In this document: piece after piece, positions 19,701 to 30,147 of the stretch | How positions within the stretch are numbered: the stretch's first letter is position 1 | How the letters are laid out: each line of letters opens with the position of its first letter | NCBI GenBank assembly: GCA_031364405.1 | Contig: JANLWG010000137.1 | Coordinates: 1 to 50,387 of the forward strand | From: Hyphomicrobiales bacterium | GTDB lineage: Bacteria > Pseudomonadota > Alphaproteobacteria > Rhizobiales > Aestuariivirgaceae | Direction: 5' to 3' | DNA: 50,387 nt | The notes under the pieces: model-generated | Seen by the model: the letters and a program-made list of their open reading frames with translations, nothing else | Told to the model about the DNA's origin: nothing | Databases searched by the model: none | Translations under genes and position numbers: made by a program

Positions 19701-19919
19701 ACGAAACCGAGGATTTCCAGGATGATGAATGGGGACGCTTCGGCCAGATATCCTGGTTCGACAAGCGCGCCACATCGGGTACCTGGCGGGTTTTCCAAGT
19801 GAAGCCGGGGTTACCTTAGGAGAAGCGGAAGTCACGGAAATCGTCCACCACTTCGGAGTTTGTGCATTGACCCAAGGCAGAAATGCCGGTCTGCCTGATG
19901 AAGCCCGCGCATAAATGAC

Positions 19920-20673
19920 TCAATTGAGCATCACCCGGTCACCAGTTCGTACCGTGCCCGGCGCATCAACCACAGCGTAAACGCCAGCGCAACGGTACTG
20001 TCCCAGTTCACCGATCTGCACCCTGTTGTGGCGAACGAGCGTTCGAATAACATCGGTGTCTTGCGGCAGATCGTCTTGGGCAAGCGTCGTCATTACGCAT
20101 CGCGAAGCAAGCAGCGCGACGATGAGCCGTGCCTGATCACCGCGCCCGAGCGTATGACCAACCCAGTCGTTCTCGACGAAACCTGGCCGCTCTGTGCTTG
20201 GAATGACGTTCATCCGAAACCTGCGCAGGTCGAACCGGGTCTGAGGCTGTAGTTAGCTCAACCGCGCGAGCGTCGATGACGTCAGAACCGGCATGGGGAA
20301 TACATCGAAGAAAGAGCCAATTGAAACCGGAGACTCCATTCCAAGGGAGGCAAACAGTGCTGACCCGAATTTCGCAGGGACTACTGCGTCTCGGTTGCCG
20401 CCAGGATCTGCGCCTTCGACGTCCGGATGGTTTTGGTCAAAGGTGAAATCTTCGGGCGCGGTCCGCCTCAGGGAAACGTTCCGCCGAAAATACGCGGAAA
20501 GGACGCCGTCGGCGTTACTGGAATCGCTCCTCACCTCTTTTCCGTCCGGCAAAGAGATTTGCACCACAGGCGCTTCACGGTCCTTGCGTGAAGGCTCGAC
20601 GAAGGTTGCCCTGCAATTGAGCAGGCCGGGAAACAGCTTCACGCTCTTCGCGCGGGTATTGTCATGTCTGGAC
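19920..20673 (-). pseudogene. MOSC-domain protein pseudogene
   Basis: Two same-frame ORFs are separated by a TAA at 20253-20255 (RLS*LQPQTRFDLRRFRMNV). GFVENDW, RCVMTT and GVYAVV..PG.VRTGD motifs are present. The 5' end is replaced by an IS6 remnant. Confidence 0.8.
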
Positions 20674-20822
20674 GGCACCCTGCTGGCAAGTGGATTTTTG
20701 GGGCTTTGATGCTCCTGGTTCCAATAAGAGATTGCCAGTCATGAAGCCGATTTCCTATGCCCATGATCGGTACCGACCGATGGCATTCGCATGCGGTATG
20801 GCTGTATTTCCGGTTCACGCAG
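20674..20822 (+). mobile_element. IS6-family element left-end remnant
   Basis: A GGCAC-starting end at the MOSC truncation point, then a frameshifted MKPISYA...HAVWLYFRFT typical of IS6-family transposase N-termini. Confidence 0.6.
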
Positions 20823-20990
20823 CGCGCGCCCAGCGCTTCGCCACGCCGGGCACCGGGCAGCGAATTCTGTTAGCCGGGGAGAAATACGCTCCAGTCACGA
20901 CTTCGGGAGGCAACACTCCAAATCCGCTGCAAACCGCTCCGCCACCCAAAGAGAAAAGGCCCGCCAACCACTTGGATTGTAGGGCTTCTT

Positions 20991-21008
20991 TTGGTTGCGG
21001 GAGCTGGA
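20991..21008 (-). other. tRNA-Met 3'-end fragment (att-like site), not a full tRNA
   Basis: The minus strand reads TCCAGCTCCCGCAACCA, followed by a hairpin and T-rich run (about 20950-20990). No 5' half of a tRNA is present. Confidence 0.55.
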
Positions 21009-21231
21009 AACCACGGAGAATTGTCGATTTCCTGTCCGATTTGAATTTCAATGATGCCGGCCGCGAAAACGCCAGAATACAATGCGAGTTCCATTCGATT
21101 AGCTTTTTTTGTCCGCCAGAACACGAGACCGGCCGCCATTCTCTGAACTTTCGATTTTTATTGGAAAAAAAGCATATTCCGTGGCTCCGGCTCAAGAAAA
21201 AACCTGCATGGCAATATGGTTTCCGGTGGTT

Positions 21232-21256
21232 GGAACAAAATTGGCGCAACGGCGTT
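21232..21256 (+). promoter_or_regulatory. EcfG (SigT/RpoE2) promoter
   Basis: GGAAC-N16-CGTT exact match. Confidence 0.8.
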
Positions 21257-21276
21257 AGGAATATGTAACGCAACAA

Positions 21277-21372
21277 TTGATTGGAGTTCAATCGTTTCGC
21301 GATGTTCTACTATTGTTGGCCGGACTACCAATTCCGGTCATCATTCTTCTCTATCTGCTTGACATAATATGA
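21277..21372 (+). CDS. Small membrane protein (~30 aa), start uncertain
   Basis: Reads FRDVLLLLAGLPIPVIILLYLLDII* downstream of the EcfG promoter and a GGAG. Only a TTG start is in frame; the ATCG after the RBS may be a damaged ATG. Confidence 0.45.
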   Translation: MIGVQSFRDVLLLLAGLPIPVIILLYLLDII

Positions 21373-21576
21373 CACTTGGGCACGGGCGTGCATCATCACC
21401 AACTGCCGGTTAGCGTTATCTGCTGCGGCCGCGTAGGGAGCGGTCTCGGCTGTCTGCCGGTTGCCAGGTCATTGCCAACACCATGCACGGAAAAATTCCA
21501 ACGATCAGCGTGCCAATGTTGGATTCATCTGCGGCGTATCGACCGTTGAACAAAACAATACGGAGGCAAGCCCAAA

Positions 21577-24500
21577 ATGCGGCATCTGTTTGCGGGCCCT
21601 TTGCAATCCGGAAATGCTCCATGGAGCGACAGCCAGCCGATCAGAGCCGAGCTCTTCGGCATCGAAAGATTTCGCGAGCATGCGCACAGTCTAGCGACCT
21701 CGCAGACTGCCGCTGGCAGTCCAGTTGCTGTCCATTCCATCGTGCGGCGATTGCGCGACAATGCACGGTCGTTGATCGAAGCCTACACCGATCTTTCGAT
21801 GACCGTGGCAGCGGGAAAGCCGATTACCCCCGCTGCGGAGTGGCTGATCGACAACTATCACCTGATTGAGGAGCATGTCCAGCAAGCCACGGTGGATCTG
21901 CCTCAAGGTTATTATCGGCAACTGCCGAAATTGGCTACTGGACCGCTTGCCGGACATCCGCAAATTTTCGGTATTGCCTGGGCCTACATGGCCCACAGCG
22001 ACAGTCGCTTTGATCATTATGCGCTAACCGAATTTGTCAACGCCTACCAAGCCGTGCAGCCACTTACCATTGGCGAATTGTGGGCCGCGGCAATCAGCCT
22101 GCGGCTGGTACTAATTGAAAACCTGACACGCATATCGTCGCGCACCGTCGCGGCGAGGCGCGCCCGCGAGATAGCCGACGATCTCGCCGACCGGCTTCTC
22201 GATCATCGCGCCCGGATTGCTGATATCGAAGCAGCGCTACCGGCCAGCGCGCTCCAGCACGTTGAACTCTCCTTTGCAGTTCAACTCATCAAGCGGCTCA
22301 GGGATCAAGATGCGGTCGATGCGTCCGTGCTCGATTGGCTCCGTCACAAAGTGCACGGGCTCGGTTACGATTTTGAAAATGCGATCAGCGAAGAGCACCA
22401 CCGGCTTGCCGCCAACAACGTTACCATGCGCAATTTGGTCACCAGCCTGCGCTTCATGTCCGACTACAATTGGGAAGACTGGTTCGACAGTGTCAGCACC
22501 GTCGACAGGCTGCTGCGCACCAATTCGCTGTATGGCGACATGGATTTCCGCACCCGCAACGACTATCGCAATGCCATTGAAGATCTGTCGCAGCATTCGA
22601 CTCACGGTGAACTCGAAATCGCCCGTTTGGCGCTTGAGCGTGCCTCTGCGGCCGATGATGGGCAAATCGAGGCCGCGAGGGATCCCGGCTATCACATCGT
22701 CGGCCCCGGCCGGGTAAGTTTCGAGGCCACAATCAACTTTCGTCCGGGGTTGCGGCGGCGCATTGCCGATGCCGTGAGGGTGGCGGGCCTCGCTGGCTAT
22801 CTTGGGGCCATTTCAATCATCACGCTGATTGTCCTGTGCTTGGGTTTGTGGCCGCTCGGCCAGGCAGGCGTGGGCGTTCCGTTGCTGCTTGTGTTGGCGT
22901 TGCTGTGTCTGGGATCGGCCTTCGATGCCGGCATGACCATGATCAACTACGCGCTCACGCAGCTGCTCCGTCCGGTCGTCATCCCGGGTCTGGCATTGCG
23001 CGACGGGGTTCCCGATCACTTGCGAACCCTCGTGGCCGTGCCAGCACTCCTCACCTCGCATGATGAAATCGAGGAGTTGATCGGACGGCTTGAGGTGCAT
23101 TACCTCGCCAACATCACCGGCGAGCTTTACTTCGCCTTGCTGACAGACTGGATCGACTCCGATACCGAGCACGCGGCCGGCGACGACGCCCTATTAGCAG
23201 CTGCTCTCGACGGGATCGCGCGACTCAACCAGCAGCATGATCAAGGCCGGTTTCTGCTGCTCCACCGCTCCAGGCGCTGGAACCCCCAGCAGGGCACGTG
23301 GATGGGCTGGGAGCGCAAACGCGGCAAGCTCCATGAATTGAACCGCTTGCTCAGGGGCGCTGCCGATACCAGCTTCATGGCAATCGGCGGCAGGCTTCCT
23401 CCCGATGTCCGCTTCGTCATCACGCTTGATGCCGATACGAAACTACCCCGGGACGCAGCGCGGCGGCTTGTCGGCAAGCTCGCCCACCCTCTCAACCGGC
23501 CGCGTTTCGATGCAAGGCTTGGCCGTGTGGTCGAGGGCTATGGCATATTGCAGCCACGGGTGACACCGTCTTTGCCGGTGGAACACAACGGCACCATGTT
23601 CCAGCGCATTTTCTCGACACGGCGCGGTACCGATCCTTATGTTTTCGCGGTCTCTGACGTTTATCAGGATATGTTCGGTGAAGGTTCCTTTGCCGGGAAA
23701 GGCATCTACGACGTCGACGCCTTCGAGGCAGCAATGGCCGGCCGCATTCCCGAGAACACGCTGCTGAGCCATGATCTCTTCGAAGGCAATTTTGCCCGCA
23801 CAGCGCTGATTAGCGACATTGAAGTCGTCGAGGAATATCCCGAACGCTATGCGACCGCCGCCGCCCGCCAGCATAGGTGGGTGCGGGGTGACTGGCAGTT
23901 GCTGCCATGGATCGCCGGCGCATCAAGGGTGGGTGGACTAGCATCGCCACTCGGCATGTGGAAGATGATCGACAATCTGCGGCGTTCGCTCTCGCCGATT
24001 GTTTCACTGTTCGCATTAATGGCAGGCTGGCTCTGGTTGTCCGGGCCGCTGGCCGCAGCCTGGACGGCCTTCATTGCCTTTACAGCGTTCATTCCCGCCA
24101 TCTTGCCGATATTCTCAGGGTTGGGCCTGCGTCAGGTCCCCATCACCATTACGAGTCAGCTGAGGATGATTGTGAGCGACATGGGGCAGTCGCTAGCTTT
24201 GACTGCCGCCCAGCTGATGTTGCTCGGTCACCAGGCCAGTGTGAACGCCGATGCGATCGGGCGGACGCTCTACCGGCTCTTGGTGAGCCGCCAGAATCTC
24301 CTCGAATGGACGACCGCCGCGCAAGTGCAGTCGCGCACCCAGCCCGGCCTGTTTGGTACCTATCACCTCATGGTGTCGAGCGTGGCAGCCGGGTTGTTCG
24401 CATTCGCCATCGCGGCAGCGCGCGGTGGCGGTCCAGCCGTGTCCGCCCTGCCCTTCGCAGTGCTGTGGATTGCCGCCCCCGCCATCGTCTGGTGGATCAG

Positions 24501-27500
24501 TCAGCTTGATGTTCCGGCCGATGAACTGGCGGCATCGCCCGAAGACCGGCAGGCGCTGCGCGTCGTGGCGCGCCGGACGTGGACCTATTTCGAGAACTTC
24601 GTGGGTACCACCGACAACATGTTGCCGCCTGATAATTTCCAGGAGGACCCTAAACCAGAAATCGCCCACCGGACGTCGCCCACCAATATCGGTCTCTATC
24701 TGTTGTCGATCGCCAGTGCCCGCGAATTCGGCTGGCTAGGGCTTGCAGATTCCCTCGCCAGGATCGATGCCACGCTGGCTACTGTGCACAAGATGGAGAA
24801 GTGCCGCGGCCACCTTTACAATTGGTATGATACGGAGTCGCTGCGACCGCTCGATCCCAAATATGTTTCAGCCGTAGACAGCGGCAATTTCGGCGGCCAT
24901 TTGGTGGCGCTGGCCAATTTCTGCGGCCACTGGTCGGAGCAATCCCCAACGGCCCCGAAATATCTGGATGGCGTTGAGGACGTCGTTGAAATCGTCAATA
25001 GAGAACTTCGTGCGTTGTCGAACGGTAAGCGCCAACTCAAACAAGCCCACGTTCAAACTCAAAAACAGATCGCGGCCTTCCGGCTTGGCATTGCGCGCGC
25101 GCGCAATGAGCCGGAACTCCTTTCGGTGCGTCTCATCGATTTGGCGGTGCAAGCAGGAGCCATTCGTCAATCGATCGTGCACATTGCCTCGGAGCTAGAG
25201 GCAGCGAGTGCTGACGAGGCGGTACGCTGGGCTGTCAAGTTACAAGAAACGGTTGAAAGTCAGTTCAAGGATGCCTCCCTCGCTCCCGCCGCAAGGGCTT
25301 CGATTCAGACACGGCTCGAAACCATTGCGGCCGATGCCCGCAAGCTAGCACTTGATATGGAGTTTGGATTCCTGTCCGATCCTCAGCGCCATCTCATGGC
25401 CATTGGCTACCGTGTTGCCGAGGCGGCGCTGGACGAGAGTTGCTACGATATGCTCGCCTCCGAGGCGTCGCTGGCGAGTTTTTTGGCGATCGCCAAGGGC
25501 GATCTCCGCGCCCGCCACTGGTTCAGATTGGCGCGCCCGGTGACGGCACTACATGGTGGTGCCGCCTTGATCTCATGGTCGGGATCAATGTTCGAATATT
25601 TGATGCCCGCACTGGTGTTGCGGGCTCCGACAGGCAGCCTGATCGAGCAGACGTCACGTCTTATCGTGCGGCGCCAGATCGAATATGGCCAGACTCTGGG
25701 CACGCCCTGGGGCATTTCGGAGTCGGCCTTCAGCGCCAGGGACGTGAACTTCACCTATCAGTATTCCAACTTCGGCGTGCCGGGCCTTGGGCTGAAACGT
25801 GGTCTCGCCGACAATATCGTGATTGCGCCATATGCGACAGGCCTTGCGGCAATGGTGGCGCCGCGTGCTGCTGCAAAGAACTTCCTCGCCCTTGAAAATG
25901 CCGGTGGCCGCGGCCGTCACGGCTTCTACGAGGCGCTCGACTTCACACCGACGCGGCTGCGCAGCGGCGAGAAAGTGTCGGTGGTCAAAGCCTATTTCGC
26001 CCATCACCAGGGCATGACCATTGCCGCCATCCTCAATGCCGTAAGCAATGGCTGCATCCGTGCACAGTTTCACGATGAACCCATGGTGCGGGCGACTGAG
26101 CTTCTCTTGCAGGAGCGCGCTCCCCGTCAGGTGCCGGTGACGCTCACGAGCGTTGTTACGGCCTCCGCCGAGACTGGCCGCGAACTCAGCCCTCCAGCAC
26201 CCCGCCGCGCCGATCCACGCACCACGCTTTCACCCGCCACACACCTTCTGTCAAACGGGCAATACAGCGTCATGCTCACAGCTGCCGGTGCGGGCTACAG
26301 CACCTGGAAAGGCCTCGCGATCAACCGCTGGCGCGAGGACGCAACCTGTGATGGCTGGGGCGCCTTCATCTTCTTGCGCGACATGAGAAGTGGTGCCACC
26401 TGGTCGGCAGGATACATGCCCGCCCTCGCCGAGCCTGTTTCCTATCACGCCGAATTCAGCGAGGAAAAAGTAGAAATCCACCGCACCGACGGGGAGTTCG
26501 CCACAACACTCGAATGTTTGATCTCGACTGAAGACAATGCCGAAGCGCGCCGCGTGACAGTCGTCAATTCTGCAAAATCCGCGCGCGTCGTCGAAGTGAC
26601 CACCTACATGGAATTGGTGCTGGCGCCGTCCGCCGCTGACGATGCGCATCCGGCCTTTTCCAAGATGTTCGTCGAAACCGAATATGTTGAAGAATTGGGA
26701 GCGCTTTTGGCCACCCGCCGCAAACGTTCGCCGTCCGATCCCGAGATATGGGTTGCGCAATTCATGCTTGTGCAGGGGAATACTTCAGGCGCTCTCGAAT
26801 TCGAAACCGGCAGGGAACATTTCATCGGTCAGGGCAATAGTATCCAGACAGCGGCGGCCATGACCAACGGCGAACCCTTGACCGGGACCACTGGCGCGGT
26901 GCTCGACCCGGTTTTCGCCCTTCGCCAGCGCGTGCGAATTCCCTCTGGCCACCAAGCTTCCTGCACCATCTGGACCATCGTCGCGGACAACCGCGAGGCA
27001 GTTCTCGATCTGGTCGACCGGCACCGCCAGCATGCCGCCTATGAGCGCGCCCAGATTCTCGCCTGGACCCATTCGCGCATCCAGTTGCGGCATCAACTGA
27101 TCGAAGCCGGCGAAGCCAGTCTTTTTCAGCAGCTCGCAAGTCACCTCATCTATGCGAACAATACAACGCGCGCAGCGTCCAACTTGATCCACGCTAACAT
27201 GCGCGGCCAAACCAACCTGTGGTCGCAGAGCATTTCCGGCACCAAGCCAATTCTCCTTCTGCGCATCGATGCCGCCGAAGATATCGATGTCATCCGCCAG
27301 TTGCTGCGCGCCCATGAATACTGGAGCGCCAAATGTCTGGCTGTCCACCTTGTCATTCTCAACGACCGCCGTGCCTCCTACATGCAGGACCTTCAGACGG
27401 CCATCGAGGATTTGATCCGCAAGACTCGTAGCGACGGCGCCCGCGATGAGGCGGGTGGACAGGTCTATGCACTGCGCGCCGATCTTCTGCCGGGCGACAC

Positions 27501-30147
27501 ACTCGCCATGTTGCCTGCGGTGGCGCGCGTGGTGCTCAATGCCCATGCCGGGAGCCTTGCAAGCCAGATGGCGCGCCTGCGCACGGCCGGCCCCGCCGCC
27601 ACTCCGGCGAGGCTACGCGACCGCCCGGCTTCGCTCAGGCGGGGTATTTCCGCCGGCAAAGGTGCGGCCAATCTTTCGTTCTACAACGGCTATGGTGGCT
27701 TCGACGAAGAACGCGGCGAATATGTCATCCTGCACGATCCGCAAAAGCCCACTCCCGCACCGTGGATCAATGTCATCGCCAATCCCTCCTTTGGCACCCA
27801 TTGCGCCGCCGACGGCGGCGGCTACACCTGGACCGGCAACAGCCGGGAGAGTCAGATCACCGCCTGGGTCAATGATCCGGTCAGCAACCGGCCGAGCGAG
27901 GCCATCTATGTACGCGACGATCAAACCGGCGTGCTGACTGGACCCTGCGTTGCACCGCTGCGGCACGGCGAAGGCACGTTCCGCACCCGCCATGGTTTCG
28001 GCTACACGCAGTTCGAGGCTGAAGATGCCGGTCTGCGCATGGAGTTTCTGCAGTTTGTGCCGTTGAATGACGCGCTGAAGATCGGCCGGCTGCGCCTTAC
28101 CATGGATTCCGCCACACCGCGCCAGCTCTCGGTCAGCTTCTATGCAGAACTTGTACTGGGTTCGGTGCGCGCCGCCTCGGCTCCTTACATCACCACGGAA
28201 ATCGATAGTGAAACCGGGGCAATGTTCGCGCGCAATCGTTGGAACCCCGAATTCGGCGAACGGGTCGTGTTTGCCGACCTTTGCGGCCGTCAGACGTCGT
28301 GGACCGGCGACCGCCGTGAATTTCTCGGAGCCTTTGGAAACCTCAGCGCACCTCAGGCGCTCAGTGCAGGTGAAAAGCTGTCAAACCGCACCGGCGGCGG
28401 CCTTGACCCATGCGCGGCATTACAACAAAAGATTACTGTCTCGGCGGGGCAACCAGCCGAAGTGATGATCCTTCTTGGCACCGCCATCAACGATGACGAG
28501 GCGCGCGCACTGATCGGGCGCTACCGAAACTTTGATTGCGATGCGGTTCTAGCGCAAGTAAAAGCTCACTGGGCTACTACGCTGAGTGCCGTGAAGGTGA
28601 AAACGCCGGACCGTGCCTTGGATATCATGCTCAACGGCTGGTTGCTCTATCAGACGCTCGCCTGCCGGATGTGGGCGCGCTCGGGATTTTATCAGGCGAG
28701 TGGCGCCTATGGTTTCCGCGACCAACTGCAGGATGGGATGGCGCTTGCGGCAATAAAGCCGGAGATGACCCGTGAACACATCCTGCGCGCCGCCGCACGG
28801 CAGTTCGCCGAGGGCGATGTCCAGCATTGGTGGCTGCCGGCGAGTGGCATGGGAGTGCGCACGCGTATCAGCGATGATACCGTTTGGCTCGCCTATTGCG
28901 TGCTCCACTACATGAAGACGACGGGCGACGTGGCGATCCTCGATGAAACGGTGCCGTTTCTCGAAGGCCATGCGCTTCAGCCTGGTGAACACGACGCTTT
29001 CTATCAGCCTGCCGTCTCGGAGCGCAGTGCTACACTCTACGAGCATTGCGCCGTGGGGCTCGAACGCAATCTGCCCGCTGGCGCGCATGGACTGCCATTG
29101 ATCGGCACCGGCGACTGGAACGACGGCATGAACCGGGTAGGCGAGCACGGCAAGGGTGAGAGCGTCTGGCTCGGCTGGTTCCTGTTTTCAACGCTCAAGG
29201 CTTTCGAACCCTTGGCGTCCGCACGCGGCGATAACGAGCGCGCGGCAATCTGGCTTACGCGTATGGTGGACTTGCAGCAAGCCCTTAATGAGCATGGTTG
29301 GGACGGTAAATGGTATCGCCGTGGCTTCTTTGACGATGGCACACCCTTGGGCTCGGCGCAAAATACCGAGTGCCAGATCGATGCTATCGCACAGTCCTGG
29401 GCGGTGCTCTCCGGTGCTGCGAAGCCCGAGCGGGCAGTGGCGGCGTTGGACGAGGCCTATCGCCAATTGGTCAAGCCCGCCGCGGGCCTTGCCATGTTGT
29501 TCACCCCACCGTTCGACAAATCCTTCCCCGATCCGGGCTACGTCAAGGCTTACCCGCCGGGCATTCGCGAGAATGGCGGTCAGTATACCCACGGCGCCAT
29601 CTGGTCCATTTTCGCCCATGCAAAGCTCGGACAAACCGACCGGGCCGCGAGCCTCTTTGCACTCATTAATCCGGTGAACCATGCACGCACCGAGACCGAG
29701 GTCCGCCGCTACCGGGTCGAACCCTATGTGATCGCCGCCGACGTCTATTCCGTGCCGCCCCATGAAGGCCGGGGCGGCTGGACCTGGTATACAGGAGCTG
29801 CGGGATGGATGTACCGCGCCGGACTCGAGGCCATCCTCGGCATCATCCGCGAAGGCAACATGCTCAGAGTGAAACCGTGCATTCCTCAGGACTGGAATGA
29901 GTTCCAAGTATCAGTGAAATACGGCGCAACCAGCTACGAACTTACGGTTACGCGCGACGCGACCAAGTTCCAGCCGGCCTCTTCTCAAGTGCAGAGAGTG
30001 TCGCCAGTGGAATTTCTGATTGAACTGAAAGACTCAGGCGGTACAAAGGCTATAACGCTTCTGCTCAAAGCCCAGTTCAATGAGAAAGCCGTGGCTGCGG
30101 CCCTGGAGTTGGAACAATTCCCCGGCTCCTGCGTTCAAACATCATGA
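21577..30147 (+). CDS. ndvB: NdvB/ChvB/Cgs-like cyclic beta-1,2-glucan synthase (GT84, central glucoamylase-like domain, GH94-like C-terminus)
   Basis: 2856 aa; WMGWERKRGKL, VITLDADT, LLSHDLFEG, RQHRWVRGDWQL, RTSPTNIG, SWSGSMFEYLMP, YQASGAYGFRDQLQD, GDWNDGMN, RENGGQYTH and GGWTWYTG. Confidence 0.88.
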   Translation: MRHLFAGPLQSGNAPWSDSQPIRAELFGIERFREHAHSLATSQTAAGSPVAVHSIVRRLRDNARSLIEAYTDLSMTVAAGKPITPAAEWLIDNYHLIEEHVQQATVDLPQGYYRQLPKLATGPLAGHPQIFGIAWAYMAHSDSRFDHYALTEFVNAYQAVQPLTIGELWAAAISLRLVLIENLTRISSRTVAARRAREIADDLADRLLDHRARIADIEAALPASALQHVELSFAVQLIKRLRDQDAVDASVLDWLRHKVHGLGYDFENAISEEHHRLAANNVTMRNLVTSLRFMSDYNWEDWFDSVSTVDRLLRTNSLYGDMDFRTRNDYRNAIEDLSQHSTHGELEIARLALERASAADDGQIEAARDPGYHIVGPGRVSFEATINFRPGLRRRIADAVRVAGLAGYLGAISIITLIVLCLGLWPLGQAGVGVPLLLVLALLCLGSAFDAGMTMINYALTQLLRPVVIPGLALRDGVPDHLRTLVAVPALLTSHDEIEELIGRLEVHYLANITGELYFALLTDWIDSDTEHAAGDDALLAAALDGIARLNQQHDQGRFLLLHRSRRWNPQQGTWMGWERKRGKLHELNRLLRGAADTSFMAIGGRLPPDVRFVITLDADTKLPRDAARRLVGKLAHPLNRPRFDARLGRVVEGYGILQPRVTPSLPVEHNGTMFQRIFSTRRGTDPYVFAVSDVYQDMFGEGSFAGKGIYDVDAFEAAMAGRIPENTLLSHDLFEGNFARTALISDIEVVEEYPERYATAAARQHRWVRGDWQLLPWIAGASRVGGLASPLGMWKMIDNLRRSLSPIVSLFALMAGWLWLSGPLAAAWTAFIAFTAFIPAILPIFSGLGLRQVPITITSQLRMIVSDMGQSLALTAAQLMLLGHQASVNADAIGRTLYRLLVSRQNLLEWTTAAQVQSRTQPGLFGTYHLMVSSVAAGLFAFAIAAARGGGPAVSALPFAVLWIAAPAIVWWISQLDVPADELAASPEDRQALRVVARRTWTYFENFVGTTDNMLPPDNFQEDPKPEIAHRTSPTNIGLYLLSIASAREFGWLGLADSLARIDATLATVHKMEKCRGHLYNWYDTESLRPLDPKYVSAVDSGNFGGHLVALANFCGHWSEQSPTAPKYLDGVEDVVEIVNRELRALSNGKRQLKQAHVQTQKQIAAFRLGIARARNEPELLSVRLIDLAVQAGAIRQSIVHIASELEAASADEAVRWAVKLQETVESQFKDASLAPAARASIQTRLETIAADARKLALDMEFGFLSDPQRHLMAIGYRVAEAALDESCYDMLASEASLASFLAIAKGDLRARHWFRLARPVTALHGGAALISWSGSMFEYLMPALVLRAPTGSLIEQTSRLIVRRQIEYGQTLGTPWGISESAFSARDVNFTYQYSNFGVPGLGLKRGLADNIVIAPYATGLAAMVAPRAAAKNFLALENAGGRGRHGFYEALDFTPTRLRSGEKVSVVKAYFAHHQGMTIAAILNAVSNGCIRAQFHDEPMVRATELLLQERAPRQVPVTLTSVVTASAETGRELSPPAPRRADPRTTLSPATHLLSNGQYSVMLTAAGAGYSTWKGLAINRWREDATCDGWGAFIFLRDMRSGATWSAGYMPALAEPVSYHAEFSEEKVEIHRTDGEFATTLECLISTEDNAEARRVTVVNSAKSARVVEVTTYMELVLAPSAADDAHPAFSKMFVETEYVEELGALLATRRKRSPSDPEIWVAQFMLVQGNTSGALEFETGREHFIGQGNSIQTAAAMTNGEPLTGTTGAVLDPVFALRQRVRIPSGHQASCTIWTIVADNREAVLDLVDRHRQHAAYERAQILAWTHSRIQLRHQLIEAGEASLFQQLASHLIYANNTTRAASNLIHANMRGQTNLWSQSISGTKPILLLRIDAAEDIDVIRQLLRAHEYWSAKCLAVHLVILNDRRASYMQDLQTAIEDLIRKTRSDGARDEAGGQVYALRADLLPGDTLAMLPAVARVVLNAHAGSLASQMARLRTAGPAATPARLRDRPASLRRGISAGKGAANLSFYNGYGGFDEERGEYVILHDPQKPTPAPWINVIANPSFGTHCAADGGGYTWTGNSRESQITAWVNDPVSNRPSEAIYVRDDQTGVLTGPCVAPLRHGEGTFRTRHGFGYTQFEAEDAGLRMEFLQFVPLNDALKIGRLRLTMDSATPRQLSVSFYAELVLGSVRAASAPYITTEIDSETGAMFARNRWNPEFGERVVFADLCGRQTSWTGDRREFLGAFGNLSAPQALSAGEKLSNRTGGGLDPCAALQQKITVSAGQPAEVMILLGTAINDDEARALIGRYRNFDCDAVLAQVKAHWATTLSAVKVKTPDRALDIMLNGWLLYQTLACRMWARSGFYQASGAYGFRDQLQDGMALAAIKPEMTREHILRAAARQFAEGDVQHWWLPASGMGVRTRISDDTVWLAYCVLHYMKTTGDVAILDETVPFLEGHALQPGEHDAFYQPAVSERSATLYEHCAVGLERNLPAGAHGLPLIGTGDWNDGMNRVGEHGKGESVWLGWFLFSTLKAFEPLASARGDNERAAIWLTRMVDLQQALNEHGWDGKWYRRGFFDDGTPLGSAQNTECQIDAIAQSWAVLSGAAKPERAVAALDEAYRQLVKPAAGLAMLFTPPFDKSFPDPGYVKAYPPGIRENGGQYTHGAIWSIFAHAKLGQTDRAASLFALINPVNHARTETEVRRYRVEPYVIAADVYSVPPHEGRGGWTWYTGAAGWMYRAGLEAILGIIREGNMLRVKPCIPQDWNEFQVSVKYGATSYELTVTRDATKFQPASSQVQRVSPVEFLIELKDSGGTKAITLLLKAQFNEKAVAAALELEQFPGSCVQTS
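30111..30135 (+). promoter_or_regulatory. EcfG promoter embedded in the 3' end of the ndvB-like gene
   Basis: GGAAC-N16-CGTT, ending 8 nt before the ATG at 30144. Confidence 0.75.

Noticed and set aside
20945-21060. Complete tRNA-Met gene
   Set aside because: Only the last ~17 nt match. No D-arm, anticodon arm or intact TTC loop is present upstream, so it is kept only as an att-like fragment.
21277-21291. FNR/FixK box TTGA-N7-TCAA
   Set aside because: The spacing is one base too long for TTGAT-N4-ATCAA.
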